From assembly GCA_039714495.1 (NCBI GenBank), contig JBDLJD010000003.1:1-60915 (forward strand): 60,915 nucleotides of DNA, in the 5' to 3' direction. Made by a program: the position numbers and the translations under genes. The notes beneath the pieces were generated by a model. That model had not been told where the DNA came from. It searched no databases and saw nothing but the letters and a program-made list of their open reading frames with translations. This DNA comes from Thermodesulfobacteriota bacterium (GTDB lineage: Bacteria > Desulfobacterota > Desulfobacteria > Desulfobacterales > B30-G6). Shown piece after piece: positions 8,953-19,847 of the stretch. Numbering within the stretch: position 1 is the first letter of the stretch; each line of letters opens with the position of its first letter.

Positions 8953-10647
8953 ATGCATTATGACATCATCATTGTTGGTGGCGGCTCGGCAGGTTGTGTG
9001 CTTGCCAACCGGCTTTCGGCCCGTTCTACCAATAACGTTCTCCTTGTAGAAGCCGGCAAGGACACGCTTCCGGGATTGGAACCGGCCGAGGTAGTGGATG
9101 GCTTTTCCGCCACAGCCTATTTTAATCCGAATTGGATCTGGAATGACCTGCGCGTTCATGTTCACCCCCAGCCACCGGGCCAACCACTTCCTAAGGCCAA
9201 GAGCCGCTATGAACAGGCGCGCATCATGGGTGGGGGGTCCTCCACCAACGGTCAAATGGCGGTCCGTGGTGCTGCTGCCGACTATGATCGATGGGGGGAG
9301 TTGGGGGCCAAAGGCTGGAACTGGGATAATGTCCTGCCATATTTTCGGAAGCTGGAGCGGGATATGGATTTTGACGGGCCCGAGCATGGCAAGGATGGGC
9401 CCATTCCCATACGCCGCATTTTTCCGGAGTTGTGGTCAGGCCTCACCCGGGCAGCAGGCGAGGCGTTCCACTCAGCCGGATATGAATACCGGGATGACAT
9501 TAACAGAGAGTTAGTCGAATGCTATGGCCCGTTGCCGTTCAATAACGCCTATGACCGGCGTGTTTCCGCCGCAATGGGGTATCTGGACCCGGTAACCCGT
9601 CAACGTCAAAACCTGACCATACTTCCCGAGACTCAGGTCAAAAAAATTATTACCGAAGGATGCAGGGCCGTGGGTATCGAGGTTTCATCTATTCGAGGAG
9701 ATAAAACCTATCGGGCCAAAGAAATTATCATATCGGCCGGAGCGCTTCATTCACCGGGCCTGCTGATGCGATCGGGTGTGGGCCCGGCGGAACACTTGAG
9801 GACACTGGGGATCGAGGTGGTATCTGATAGACGAGGTGTGGGGCAAAACCTGATGGATCATCCCATGGCGGCGATTACAGGCTACTTACCCAAAGCGTAC
9901 AGGTTAAATCCCGACACTCCCCGGCACATACAAGGAAATCTGCGCTATTCATCCGGGCTCGAAGGGTGTCCGCCGGTGGATATGCAGACCAATATCATCC
10001 AACGCTCAGGCTGGCATCCCTTAGGCAAACGGTTGGGAACACTTTCGCTCTGTGTCTTCAAGCCCTTTTCACGCGGCCAGGTTACCTTGGCTGCGCCGGA
10101 TTGGAATGCCGAGCCCAATGTGGAATTTAACTTGTTATCCGATCAACGCGACATGATCCGTTTGATGAATGCTGTTCGATTCGCCATCTCATTGATAGAT
10201 CATGAGGCCTTAAAAAAGGCCTTTCGGGATCCCTTCCCGGCCAGTTATTCGGAAAGGGTCAGAAAGGTGACCAAGGTCTCTTTCCAAAATTGGGTGGCCA
10301 CCAGTATCCTGGGTTTTCTTATGGAAGGGGGAGGGACTATGCGCCGTTTTCTTATCCGCAATGTAATCACCCTCGGCGATACCCTCAAAAAGATCTTAGC
10401 CGATGACGTCGCCCTGGAAGCCTACCTTCGGCGAACCGTATTTGGAGATTGGCACCCCACCAGTACCTGTAAAATGGGGTCAAACGAGGATCCGCTGGCA
10501 GTAACCGATGAACAAGGCCGCGTTTATGGTGTTGACGGACTCAGGGTCGTGGATGCATCGATTATGCCCGAGATTCCCTCCGGGAACACCAATATTCCAA
10601 CCATTATGATGGCTGAAAAAATAGCGGATGACATGCTTGCGGTTTAA
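8953..10647 (+). CDS. GMC-family flavin oxidoreductase (choline/alcohol dehydrogenase-like)
   Basis: YDIIIVGGGSAGCVLANRLS N-terminus, GGSSTNGQM, and a C-terminal HPTSTCKMG ... VVDASIMP GMC signature. Confidence 0.92.
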   Translation: MHYDIIIVGGGSAGCVLANRLSARSTNNVLLVEAGKDTLPGLEPAEVVDGFSATAYFNPNWIWNDLRVHVHPQPPGQPLPKAKSRYEQARIMGGGSSTNGQMAVRGAAADYDRWGELGAKGWNWDNVLPYFRKLERDMDFDGPEHGKDGPIPIRRIFPELWSGLTRAAGEAFHSAGYEYRDDINRELVECYGPLPFNNAYDRRVSAAMGYLDPVTRQRQNLTILPETQVKKIITEGCRAVGIEVSSIRGDKTYRAKEIIISAGALHSPGLLMRSGVGPAEHLRTLGIEVVSDRRGVGQNLMDHPMAAITGYLPKAYRLNPDTPRHIQGNLRYSSGLEGCPPVDMQTNIIQRSGWHPLGKRLGTLSLCVFKPFSRGQVTLAAPDWNAEPNVEFNLLSDQRDMIRLMNAVRFAISLIDHEALKKAFRDPFPASYSERVRKVTKVSFQNWVATSILGFLMEGGGTMRRFLIRNVITLGDTLKKILADDVALEAYLRRTVFGDWHPTSTCKMGSNEDPLAVTDEQGRVYGVDGLRVVDASIMPEIPSGNTNIPTIMMAEKIADDMLAV

Positions 10648-10675
10648 AACGAACTTGTAATGAGGGGAAAATTAG

Positions 10676-12571
10676 ATGAATGAACAATATCCCGGCGGTT
10701 ATAACGGAAAAGTATTACGCGTCAGCCTAAGCACCGGATCTATCGAAAGCGAGGCCATTGACAGCCGGTTTTGCCGAAAATATATAGGCGGTGCAGGCTT
10801 TATCGCCCACTACCTTTTAAACGAAACCGAACCCGGAGTCGATCCATTGGGACCGTTGAATAAATTAATATTTGCAACCGGACCGCTTACAGGTATTGCG
10901 CTAGGGGGGTGCGCCCGTCACACAGTTGGTTCGAAATCACCTTTGACCGGTGGAATTGTCAAATCAGAAGTGGGTGAACATTGGGGATTTCAATTCAAAC
11001 GCGCCGGTTTCGATGCGCTAATTATCGAAGGACAGGCAAAAAGGCCGGTGTATCTCTGGATTTACAATGGAGAAGCCGAAATCAGGGATGCCGCCCATTT
11101 ATGGGGTAAAAGCACAAAAGAGACCCAGGATACTATTCGGACTGAGCTGGACGATCCCAAGATACGGGTGGCGATGATTGGTCCGGGAGGTGAAAACAAA
11201 GTCCACTATGCATGCATCATGCATGGCCTGTCTAATGCTGCGGGTCGCGGCGGGCTCGGTGCCGTGATGGGTTCCAAAAACCTGAAAGCCGTGGCGGTGA
11301 AAGGAAATCGTTTTCCGGCCATTGCAGACAAAAGTTACTTCCAAGAGTCAGCCAGATGGCTTAAGGAGAACATGAGCCTTGTAAAAGGCTTTTCTGAACT
11401 GGGCACCGGGGCTAGTATGGAAAACTACGAGGCCCACGGATATCTGCCGGTGCGCAACTTCAGGGATAGTGCCTTTCCCGATGTTGTCAAAATTTCTCCC
11501 AAGGCCATCAAAGAGACCATCGGCATCGGGATGAAAGGGTGTTTTGCATGCCCGGTTAAATGTAAGAAAGTAGTGGAAGTTACCCACCCCTATTCGGTAA
11601 ACAGCGAATACGGCGGGCCGGAATACGAGACCCTTGGCGCCCTTGGTTCTGCTTGTGGCGTGACGGATTTAAAAGCGATCGCCAAGGGAAGTGAACTTTG
11701 CGACGCTTATTCCCTCGACACCATATCGACTGGAATGACAATTGCTTTTGCGATGGAGTGTTTTGAAAAGGGGATATTGACTTTAAATGAAACCGAGGGC
11801 ATTGAATTGAAGTTTGGCAACGCGGAGGCGATGCTAAAAACAATCGAAAAGATCGCCAACCGCGAGGGTATCGGAAATCTGCTGGCGCAGGGCAGCTTGA
11901 AGGCGGCTGAACATATTGGTAACGGAGCAGAAGCGTTTGCCATGCAGGTTAAAAGAATGGAGATCCCGATGCATGAACCCAGGCTTGGTAAAAGTTTGGC
12001 CTTAGGCTTTATGGTCAATCCCCATGGCGCCGATCACATGGACAGCTTGCTTGACCCGTTAAGAACCGGGTTTGGTGATAAACCTGAACTATCGTTGCCT
12101 GAGATGGTTCCTCTGGGCTACGGTCCGGTACCGTCAGACGATATCGGTCCCAAAACCGTAGCGTTGAACAGGCTTTTTCAAATAAAACGTTTTTTAGCCG
12201 ATTCACTTGTACTGTGCGATTTTTTGCCCTACTCTGTCTCTCAATATGTTGAAATGGTTGCGGCTGCTACGGGTTGGCAGACAACGGCCAAAGAGCTTTT
12301 TCGCATCGCTGAACGCATTCTTACCATGTGCCGTTTATATAATGTGGGCAATGGGTTCACCGACAAAGAAGACCGGCTCCCGGAGCGGTTTTTTTCGTTC
12401 CCAAAAGATGGGGCCGCCGCAGGTAAGAAACTTGATCGTGAAGAGATGGAGCGGGCCAAAAGATACTATTACACTTTAATGGGCTGGCATGAAAATGGCG
12501 TGCCGCGAGATGAAACACTGGATGAATTGGGAATAGATTATCCTGCTTACAGGGTGTCACCATCGGATTAG
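10676..12571 (+). CDS. Aldehyde:ferredoxin oxidoreductase (tungstopterin AOR family)
   Basis: 631 aa. The N-terminal GKVLRVSLSTGSIESE..GGAGFIAHYL pattern, the Cys motif CFACPVKCKK and the AOR C-terminal domain pattern are all present. Confidence 0.9.
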   Translation: MNEQYPGGYNGKVLRVSLSTGSIESEAIDSRFCRKYIGGAGFIAHYLLNETEPGVDPLGPLNKLIFATGPLTGIALGGCARHTVGSKSPLTGGIVKSEVGEHWGFQFKRAGFDALIIEGQAKRPVYLWIYNGEAEIRDAAHLWGKSTKETQDTIRTELDDPKIRVAMIGPGGENKVHYACIMHGLSNAAGRGGLGAVMGSKNLKAVAVKGNRFPAIADKSYFQESARWLKENMSLVKGFSELGTGASMENYEAHGYLPVRNFRDSAFPDVVKISPKAIKETIGIGMKGCFACPVKCKKVVEVTHPYSVNSEYGGPEYETLGALGSACGVTDLKAIAKGSELCDAYSLDTISTGMTIAFAMECFEKGILTLNETEGIELKFGNAEAMLKTIEKIANREGIGNLLAQGSLKAAEHIGNGAEAFAMQVKRMEIPMHEPRLGKSLALGFMVNPHGADHMDSLLDPLRTGFGDKPELSLPEMVPLGYGPVPSDDIGPKTVALNRLFQIKRFLADSLVLCDFLPYSVSQYVEMVAAATGWQTTAKELFRIAERILTMCRLYNVGNGFTDKEDRLPERFFSFPKDGAAAGKKLDREEMERAKRYYYTLMGWHENGVPRDETLDELGIDYPAYRVSPSD

Positions 12572-12580
12572 TTTGGTAAT

Positions 12581-14182
12581 ATGAAAAATTTCTCCAATGC
12601 CAAGCCATTAACCCTTGGCGCCGGCATCAATCAGCTTTTAGCCCAATATGGCGTGAATGTCGTTTTTGGCATTCCGGGCGTTCATAATATTGAATTGTTC
12701 AGAGGTGTTGAGGATTCGGGAATCGACCTGGTCTTGCCACGGCACGAACAAGGGGCTGGATTTATGGCGGACGGATACGCCAGGGCTTCCGGAAAACCGG
12801 GGGTATGCTTTGTGACCAGCGGACCCGGCTTAACCAATATCATGACACCCATGGGACAAGCCTATTCCGACTCCGTCCCCATGCTTGTCATCTCCTCTGT
12901 TCTACCTCGCCATGACAATCAGAAAGGCAAGGGAATTATTCATGAAATGCGGGATCAGGAAGCAGCAGCATCTACAGTTTCCTGTCTAAGCGTTACCGTT
13001 GACACGGATGCCGATATTTCACAATTCATAGGCCGTGCGTTTTCATTGTTCAGGGTCTGTAGGCCACGACCGGTTCATCTTCAAGTACCAACCGATCTAC
13101 TCAATAGTAAGGCCTGCACCTTAAAAAAGCTGAACTTGCCCGAAAGGCCTCATCCCTCTCCTGAATCGACTAAAAAAGCTGTCGCGATTTTAAGCGCATC
13201 GAAGCGTCCCATGATCATTGCAGGGGGCGGTGCATCTCAGTGCGGTTCAGAAATTCAGTCCATCGCCGGAAAGCTCAATGCCGCGGTGATAACCACCTAT
13301 GCCGGTAAAGGCATTGTGCCGGATGACAACCCGAGATGTCTGGGCACTGTTCTACCAAGAAAAGCGGCTCATAAATTTCTTAATTCCGCCGATACTGTCC
13401 TTGTTGTGGGCAGCGAACTGGCATTGAAGGATTTCCAGTGCACCTCCCTGCCGATAACCGGGCGCTTTGTGAGGATTGACATTGATCCGAATGTTCTGGC
13501 AGGTAGTGTGCCGGTTGATCTGCCTATTTTATCGGATGCCCGTGCAGCCCTTGCCGATATTGAAGCAAAACTGGATGCATCCAGTGCAGGCATTGAAATA
13601 AATGAGCTGGATCAACTGCGGCAAACCATAAGGGCAGAGGTAAGGAGAGAGTTTCCCGGTACCTATTCGTTCATTCAAGAGCTTCGAAAGGCGTTGCCGG
13701 ATGATGCGATCATATCCGCCGACATGACGGAACCGGCGTATTCGGCTAATGAATTGTTTCCGATGAAGCATCCCTCAAGCTGGCTTCATCCCGTCGGATT
13801 CGGTTCGCTTGGCTATGCAGTTCCGGCAGCAATTGGCGCCAAAATAGCGGTGCCGGAGCGGCCGGTGATCGCATTAGTAGGGGATTACGGTCTTCAATTT
13901 ACACTTTCAGAGATATCGGTAGCTGTCGAACGCAAGCTGGCGCTGCCTATTATTGTATGGAATAATGAAAAACTCTGGGCAATTGAACAGAACATGGTCA
14001 ATCAAAAAATAGCAACGACTCACTCTTGTTGCAAAAATCCTGATTTCCAAGAAATGGCCAGAGCTTTCGGCGCCCATGCAGCAATGCCTAAATCTTTGAT
14101 GGAGCTTGAAGAGATAATAGGTAAATCCCTAAAACGCGAAGGCCCTACAGTGATTGAAATCCGCCCAAACCACATCGATTAA
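12581..14182 (+). CDS. Thiamine-diphosphate-dependent enzyme (acetolactate synthase / sulfoacetaldehyde acetyltransferase-like)
   Basis: N-terminal GVNVVFGIPGVHNIEL with RHEQGAGFMADGYAR, and a C-terminal ThDP motif GDYGLQFTLSEISVAVERKLALPIIVWNN. Confidence 0.9.
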   Translation: MKNFSNAKPLTLGAGINQLLAQYGVNVVFGIPGVHNIELFRGVEDSGIDLVLPRHEQGAGFMADGYARASGKPGVCFVTSGPGLTNIMTPMGQAYSDSVPMLVISSVLPRHDNQKGKGIIHEMRDQEAAASTVSCLSVTVDTDADISQFIGRAFSLFRVCRPRPVHLQVPTDLLNSKACTLKKLNLPERPHPSPESTKKAVAILSASKRPMIIAGGGASQCGSEIQSIAGKLNAAVITTYAGKGIVPDDNPRCLGTVLPRKAAHKFLNSADTVLVVGSELALKDFQCTSLPITGRFVRIDIDPNVLAGSVPVDLPILSDARAALADIEAKLDASSAGIEINELDQLRQTIRAEVRREFPGTYSFIQELRKALPDDAIISADMTEPAYSANELFPMKHPSSWLHPVGFGSLGYAVPAAIGAKIAVPERPVIALVGDYGLQFTLSEISVAVERKLALPIIVWNNEKLWAIEQNMVNQKIATTHSCCKNPDFQEMARAFGAHAAMPKSLMELEEIIGKSLKREGPTVIEIRPNHID

Positions 14183-14272
14183 ATCCGATTATAATGGAAT
14201 AGTATTGGTAACCCTTGGTGTCTATTCGAGCTCTCCGCATTTCCGCCAAAAAGACACAAATCCGGTTTTGAT

Positions 14273-16057
14273 ATGATACAACAACAGAAAAAAACGTCTG
14301 CTAAACAGACAACCGCAACCGAAGCCCCCATTTTAGGGAGGCTTTTTCAACTGCTGAAGCCCTATTGGAAAACACTTACGCTCAGTGGGCTATTATTGGT
14401 TGGACGTGCCGGCCTGGAACTTGTACCGCCGCTGTTTCAGCGATCTATTATAGATGGTGTTATCGAAGACCGCAATTTGACACTTCTGGGAATTTTGATC
14501 GGCGCTCTCATTGCCATTTATGGTATCCAGCAAATTATCAACATAGGGGATAATTTTATCCGGCACGCGTTGGGCGAGAAATTCATTATGGATTTGCGCA
14601 TCCGCCTTTACGCATATCTGCAAAAGCTGTCACTTTCCTTTTTTGAAAAAACATCCACAGGCGAACTGATGTCACGGGTGACCAACGATCTTAACGCCCT
14701 GGAACATTTCGTGACCCATGGATCGGCTTTAACAGCAATCGATCTGTTACGGTTAACAGGTGGTTCAATCGTACTTTTCGTTCTGGATCCGCGATTAGCT
14801 GTGATCGTATTGATTCCCATACCGATATTGATCCTTGCGTTACGGCACTACAATCAGAAGATCCGGCCGGTGTACCGACGGGTTCGTGCCCGACTGGGAG
14901 ATCTGAACGCCAAACTTCACGACAACCTGTCCGGGATTCGCGTGATCAAGGCCTTTGCCAGGGAAGACCTGGAAAGGGAGCGCTTTGCCAAAGAAAGCGA
15001 GGAGTATTACCGAGCCCGAGTGAAAGGCATCCGCTACTGGTCCGTCTTTTTTCCGGGGATCCGCTTTCTTGGCTCAATGGGAACGGTAATTGTTCTGGGC
15101 GTTGGGAGCTTCATGGTGATTCATGGAGAATTGTCCCTCGGAACCCTGGTGGCGTTTTTGGCTTATGTTTCTTCTTTTTATGAACCACTCAACAGGTTGG
15201 CAGAGGTGGACAATACCTTTCAGCAAGCCATAGCAGCTGGTGAACGCATATTCGAACTTTTGGATGAGAAGTCTGATGTAAAGGATGCGCCGGACGCCAT
15301 GCCGCTGGCACCTATCTCCGGGGCGGTCAAACTGGAACATGTGTATTTTAAGTACGGAACCGGCAATGAAATTCTAAAGGATATTACTTTTACCATCGAA
15401 CCCGGACAAATGGTTGCTTTGGTAGGCCCGAGCGGTTCCGGCAAAACCAGTATCGCTAATCTGATTTGCCGTTTTTACGATCCAATTTCCGGGCAAATTT
15501 CTATAGATGGCACTCCGTTAATTCAAATCAAACTGTCTTCCTTGCGCCGTCAAATAGCAGTAGTGCTCCAGGACGCATTTCTTTTTAACAACACCATCGC
15601 CGAAAATTTGCGCTATGGAAAACCGGGAGCGACCGAAGCAGAGTTAAAAGCAGCAGCCACAATCGCTTATGCCCATGATTTCATAGACCAATTGTCTGCC
15701 GGCTACGAGACCGAGATAGGAGAGCGCGGAGTCAAACTAAGCGGTGGTCAAAAACAACGACTCACTCTGGCAAGAGCTGTGTTGGCTGATCCACGCATTC
15801 TCATACTGGATGAAGCGACCTCTTCGGTTGACGCCGAGTCTGAATATCTGATCCAACAGGCACTGGAAAAAGTGTTGCAAGGCCGAACCTCAATTGTGAT
15901 TGCCCACCGATTGAGCACGATTCGAAATGCCGATAAAATTATTGTAATCGATGAAGGACGTATCATTGAACAAGGTAAACACTCGGAACTTCTGGATTCG
16001 GGGGGACTGTACCATGAACTATACCATACACAAATGGAGTTGGCGTCAACCTTATAA
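14273..16057 (+). CDS. ABC exporter, fused permease/ATPase (MsbA-like)
   Basis: Six-TM N-terminal half, followed by Walker A GPSGSGKTS, LSGGQKQRLTLARA and ILILDEATSSVD. Confidence 0.92.
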   Translation: MIQQQKKTSAKQTTATEAPILGRLFQLLKPYWKTLTLSGLLLVGRAGLELVPPLFQRSIIDGVIEDRNLTLLGILIGALIAIYGIQQIINIGDNFIRHALGEKFIMDLRIRLYAYLQKLSLSFFEKTSTGELMSRVTNDLNALEHFVTHGSALTAIDLLRLTGGSIVLFVLDPRLAVIVLIPIPILILALRHYNQKIRPVYRRVRARLGDLNAKLHDNLSGIRVIKAFAREDLERERFAKESEEYYRARVKGIRYWSVFFPGIRFLGSMGTVIVLGVGSFMVIHGELSLGTLVAFLAYVSSFYEPLNRLAEVDNTFQQAIAAGERIFELLDEKSDVKDAPDAMPLAPISGAVKLEHVYFKYGTGNEILKDITFTIEPGQMVALVGPSGSGKTSIANLICRFYDPISGQISIDGTPLIQIKLSSLRRQIAVVLQDAFLFNNTIAENLRYGKPGATEAELKAAATIAYAHDFIDQLSAGYETEIGERGVKLSGGQKQRLTLARAVLADPRILILDEATSSVDAESEYLIQQALEKVLQGRTSIVIAHRLSTIRNADKIIVIDEGRIIEQGKHSELLDSGGLYHELYHTQMELASTL

Positions 16058-16103
16058 GCTTTCTTACAACAAATGATGTTATGGGGTTTTTGGAGATTAG
16101 CCA

Positions 16104-17309
16104 ATGGGTGATAAAAGGATATCGTCCAGAGTTTCATGCCTGGGGCAGTCAGGAATCCAGGCCGTTACCATAAAGGCCGGGCAGTTAAGACAAATGGGAA
16201 TAGACCTGCTCAATTTCGCCGAAGGCGAACCTGATTTCAGCACTCCCCAGCACATCAAAGATTCAGCTTATATAGCTATGCAAGAAGATTTTACCAAATA
16301 TACTGCTGTTGAGGGAATCGAAGAACTACGTAGTGCCATCTGCGAGAAATTGAAATATGAAAACAACGTTTACTACAATCCTTCGCAGATAATTGTCAGC
16401 AGCGGTGCCAAACAGGCTCTTTTCAATGCATTCATGGCCCTATGCGATAGAGGAGATCAGGTCTTGCTCCCGGTACCCTGCTTCAGCAGCTATATGGACC
16501 AGATTAAAATTACAGGCGCAACGCCGGTACTGGTTCCAACTGACAAGGCAAATAAATACAGAATTACTGCGAATGATTTGAGAAAACATTTCTCGCCCAA
16601 GGTAAAAGCGGTTGTACTCAATAGCCCCTGTAACCCTTCCGGGGCTGTTATTGAGCGTGATCATCTCGAAGAGATAGCTGAATTTGTTGTGGAGCAGAAC
16701 ATCTGGGTTATAACCGATGAAGTCTATGAAAAAATACTTCATGATAACAACGAATATATCAGTATCGCGTCTTTGGGTGAGGCCATTAAAAAGCGCACAA
16801 TAACCATAAACGGTTTATCCAAAACATATGCAATGACCGGCTGGCGATTAGGATACGCAGCCGGGCCGGAGGACATTATTGCCGCTATGGCTAAAATTCA
16901 GACACACGCCACCTCTAATGCGAACTCCATAGCGCAAAAGGCCGCTATTGCTGCGTTGTCAGGTCCACAGGAGCCGGCCAATGAAATGGCGGCTGCCTAC
17001 AGCCGTAGGATGGAACATGTGTACGAAGGCCTCAACTCCCTGCCTGGTGTCTCCTGCTTGCGGCCGGCCGGCGGGTTTTACGCGTTTGCATGCATACAAG
17101 ACCTATATGGGGCCCGATTTGGCAGAGAAACACTCACCAACGAGACGGAGATCGTTACTTTCCTTCTGACGGAGGCCAACATTGCCGTGGTTCCGGGTGA
17201 GGCGTTTTATTATCCAGGCTATTTTCGCTTTTGTTTTGCAACTTCGATGGATAATATTTCCAAGGGTCTTGATCGTATGGACAGGGCATTCCGGAAACTT
17301 GAATTTTAA
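16104..17309 (+). CDS. PLP-dependent aminotransferase class I/II (AspC-like)
   Basis: 401 aa. It has the PLP-lysine motif SKTYAMTGWRLGY and NSPCNPSG. Confidence 0.92.
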   Translation: MGDKRISSRVSCLGQSGIQAVTIKAGQLRQMGIDLLNFAEGEPDFSTPQHIKDSAYIAMQEDFTKYTAVEGIEELRSAICEKLKYENNVYYNPSQIIVSSGAKQALFNAFMALCDRGDQVLLPVPCFSSYMDQIKITGATPVLVPTDKANKYRITANDLRKHFSPKVKAVVLNSPCNPSGAVIERDHLEEIAEFVVEQNIWVITDEVYEKILHDNNEYISIASLGEAIKKRTITINGLSKTYAMTGWRLGYAAGPEDIIAAMAKIQTHATSNANSIAQKAAIAALSGPQEPANEMAAAYSRRMEHVYEGLNSLPGVSCLRPAGGFYAFACIQDLYGARFGRETLTNETEIVTFLLTEANIAVVPGEAFYYPGYFRFCFATSMDNISKGLDRMDRAFRKLEF

Positions 17310-17329
17310 CCTGATACGAGGGTATCACC

Positions 17330-18457
17330 GTGGAACTAACCTTAATGGAAGGTAACGAGGCCATTGGATGGGGAGCGATGGTCGCAGGATGTAACTTTTT
17401 TGCCGGCTACCCCATTACACCGGCCACAACAATTTACAACACCATGCTCAAGCTGTTACCGCCCAAAGGCGGTATCTGTCTTCAGGGTGAAGATGAAATC
17501 GCTTCCATCGGCTTTTGCCTTGGGGCTGCGATGGCCGGCATGAAAACCATGACGGCCACATCTGGCCCTGGCATCAGCTTGTACAGTGAGCAGATCTCAT
17601 TTGCCATCGGCAGCGAGATTCCCCTTGTAATTGTCGATGTTCAGCGATTAGGCCCTTCCACCGGGTCGGCCACCAAGGGGGCGGACGGCGACATTCAGTT
17701 CTTGCAGTGGGGCAACAGTGGCGGGTTGCCGGTGATTGTACTGGCCCCGGTGGATGTGAAGGATTGCTATGAACTCACCGTGCAAGCCTTCAATCTGGCC
17801 GAACAATACCGCTGCCCGGTGTTTGTCGCTGCCAATAAAGAGATCTCCATGACCCGTGAGACATTTTGCGTGGATGCGCTGGCAATCCCGCCCCTTGTGG
17901 AGCGCAAAAAAGCGGATCCGGCGAGTGATTTCTTGCCGTTCGGGGTCGGTGGTGATCAAAAGGTACCCGACTTTCTCCCCATCGGCGGTGATCGGATAGT
18001 GCGTCAGACATCATCGACCCATGGGACAAATGGCTATATCACCACCGACCCCGAGGAGATTGCCATGGTACAGGCTCGCCTTAAGGCCAAAATCACCCAG
18101 GCCGCTGCCGAATTTACCTACTTCGACGAATACCTTGTGCCGGATGCCGATACATTGGTGGTTGCCTACGGGGTAACGGCCCGTGCGGCCAGGGCGGCGG
18201 TTAAAAGATTGCAAAACAGTGTCCATAAAGCTTCACTGCTTGTACTGAAGACGCTGTGGCCAGTACCGGAAACACTGATTATAGAAAGGGCCGCAGCCTA
18301 CAAGCGGGTGGTCATGGCAGAAATGAATCTCGGGCAGTACGTTAGAGAACTTCAACGGCTGCTGCCCGACAAAGATATCGGTTTTATGGGACAGATGAAT
18401 GGCGAACTGATCAATCCCGGCCAGATTATAGAATTGATTGAGCATGGAGGTGGTTGA
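17330..18457 (+). CDS. 2-oxoacid:ferredoxin oxidoreductase alpha subunit
   Basis: GTG start. The GNEAIGWGAMVAGCNFFAGYPITPAT motif is typical of PorA/KorA. Its stop overlaps the next gene. Confidence 0.9.
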   Translation: MELTLMEGNEAIGWGAMVAGCNFFAGYPITPATTIYNTMLKLLPPKGGICLQGEDEIASIGFCLGAAMAGMKTMTATSGPGISLYSEQISFAIGSEIPLVIVDVQRLGPSTGSATKGADGDIQFLQWGNSGGLPVIVLAPVDVKDCYELTVQAFNLAEQYRCPVFVAANKEISMTRETFCVDALAIPPLVERKKADPASDFLPFGVGGDQKVPDFLPIGGDRIVRQTSSTHGTNGYITTDPEEIAMVQARLKAKITQAAAEFTYFDEYLVPDADTLVVAYGVTARAARAAVKRLQNSVHKASLLVLKTLWPVPETLIIERAAAYKRVVMAEMNLGQYVRELQRLLPDKDIGFMGQMNGELINPGQIIELIEHGGG

Positions 18458-18459
18458 GC

Positions 18460-19791
18460 ATGGATAGTCTTTTGAACGAAACGCGGCCTGCGGTATTCTG
18501 TCCTGGCTGTTCTCACGAAAGGGTATTGCATGCACTGGATCAGGCACTGACAGGCATGGGTTATGCCGGCAAGGATGTGGCCATCGTTACCGACATAGGG
18601 TGTTCCGGTCTTTTCGACACGTTTTTCAACACCCACGCTTTTCATGGTTTGCATGGCCGGGCCTTGACCTACGCCACCGGCATCAAGATGGCGCGTCCCG
18701 ACCTGAAAGTCATCGTCACCATGGGTGACGGCGGGCTGGGCATTGGCGGCGCACATGTGCTGAGTACCTGTCGGCGCAACATCGACCTCACCCTTTTGGT
18801 GCTCAATAACTTTAACTACGGTATGACCGGTGGACAATGTTCGACCACAACACCCCAGGATGCGGTGGTTGGTTCCGGTTTCCTGAACAAATTAGAAAAG
18901 CCTATTGATATATGCCAGGTGGCCGGAGCTGCCGGGACGCCATTTGTATCGCGAATGTCTACTTACCAGAAGGACCTTGTTGAACGGCTCAAAGAGGCCA
19001 TTACATTCGAGGGGTTTTCGTTGCTGGATATCTGGGGTATCTGTCCTGGACGCTACACTCGCCGCAATAAACTGACACCGAAGAACATCGAGGCAGACCT
19101 GGCACAGTTTCCTGATATGCCTGATTTCAAGTCCCAAAACGCGAGGACGGAGTACGGACGGGCCTACCGCCGGGAGGCTGCCAGGCTCGATACCCCCCAG
19201 GATCCGGTACGCATCGAACCCACCTGCATACCGCCCAGGGAAGGTCGCCAGGAGGTAGTTATTCTCGGCAGTGCCGGCCAAAGGATTATCACGGCCGGAG
19301 AACTGCTGTGCCTGGCCGGTGCATCCGCAGGCTGCCACGCCACTCAGAAAAACGATTATCCCATTACTGTCATGAAGGGCCACTCGGTCAGCGAAGTCAT
19401 TGTTGCCGATACGGAAATTGAATACACCGGGATAGAAGATCCCTCGGTGATCATCGCCCTTGCGCCCGAAGGCGTCAAACGGCGCAAGAAGATGCTGACA
19501 ACCCTTTCATCCGAATCCGTTGTCATCAAGGCCACCGGTATTGAGCTGCCTCCTTGCCGGGCAACCATAATCGAAATCGATTTCAAAGCTCACAAGATTA
19601 AATCCCGGGATTGGGCATTAGCGGCCCTGGTGGTTGCCGCCCGGCAAAACAAAGCATTGACCATGGAAATGCTCACGGCTGCTTTGAGATTGCGCTTTAA
19701 AAAGTCAGTGTTTGAGACGGCCATGAACGTAACGGAAAAGATCACTCTTGATGAACACGATTGTAAGGCACAAGGAACAAGCGTTTATTAA
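18460..19791 (+). CDS. 2-oxoacid:ferredoxin oxidoreductase beta subunit with a C-terminally fused gamma domain
   Basis: FCPGCSHERVL and the ThDP motif TMGDGGLGIGG mark the beta part. The C-terminal ~180 aa (VVILGSAGQRIITAGELL..KNDYPITVMKGHSVSEVIV) look like the gamma domain. ATG 18460 follows GGAGGTGG; an alternative TTG lies at 18454. Confidence 0.87.
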   Translation: MDSLLNETRPAVFCPGCSHERVLHALDQALTGMGYAGKDVAIVTDIGCSGLFDTFFNTHAFHGLHGRALTYATGIKMARPDLKVIVTMGDGGLGIGGAHVLSTCRRNIDLTLLVLNNFNYGMTGGQCSTTTPQDAVVGSGFLNKLEKPIDICQVAGAAGTPFVSRMSTYQKDLVERLKEAITFEGFSLLDIWGICPGRYTRRNKLTPKNIEADLAQFPDMPDFKSQNARTEYGRAYRREAARLDTPQDPVRIEPTCIPPREGRQEVVILGSAGQRIITAGELLCLAGASAGCHATQKNDYPITVMKGHSVSEVIVADTEIEYTGIEDPSVIIALAPEGVKRRKKMLTTLSSESVVIKATGIELPPCRATIIEIDFKAHKIKSRDWALAALVVAARQNKALTMEMLTAALRLRFKKSVFETAMNVTEKITLDEHDCKAQGTSVY

Positions 19792-19847
19792 GAGGCTGAC
19801 TCTGACCGGCATTCGGACCGAAGATAAAGAGGAGGAAAATAACGGGT

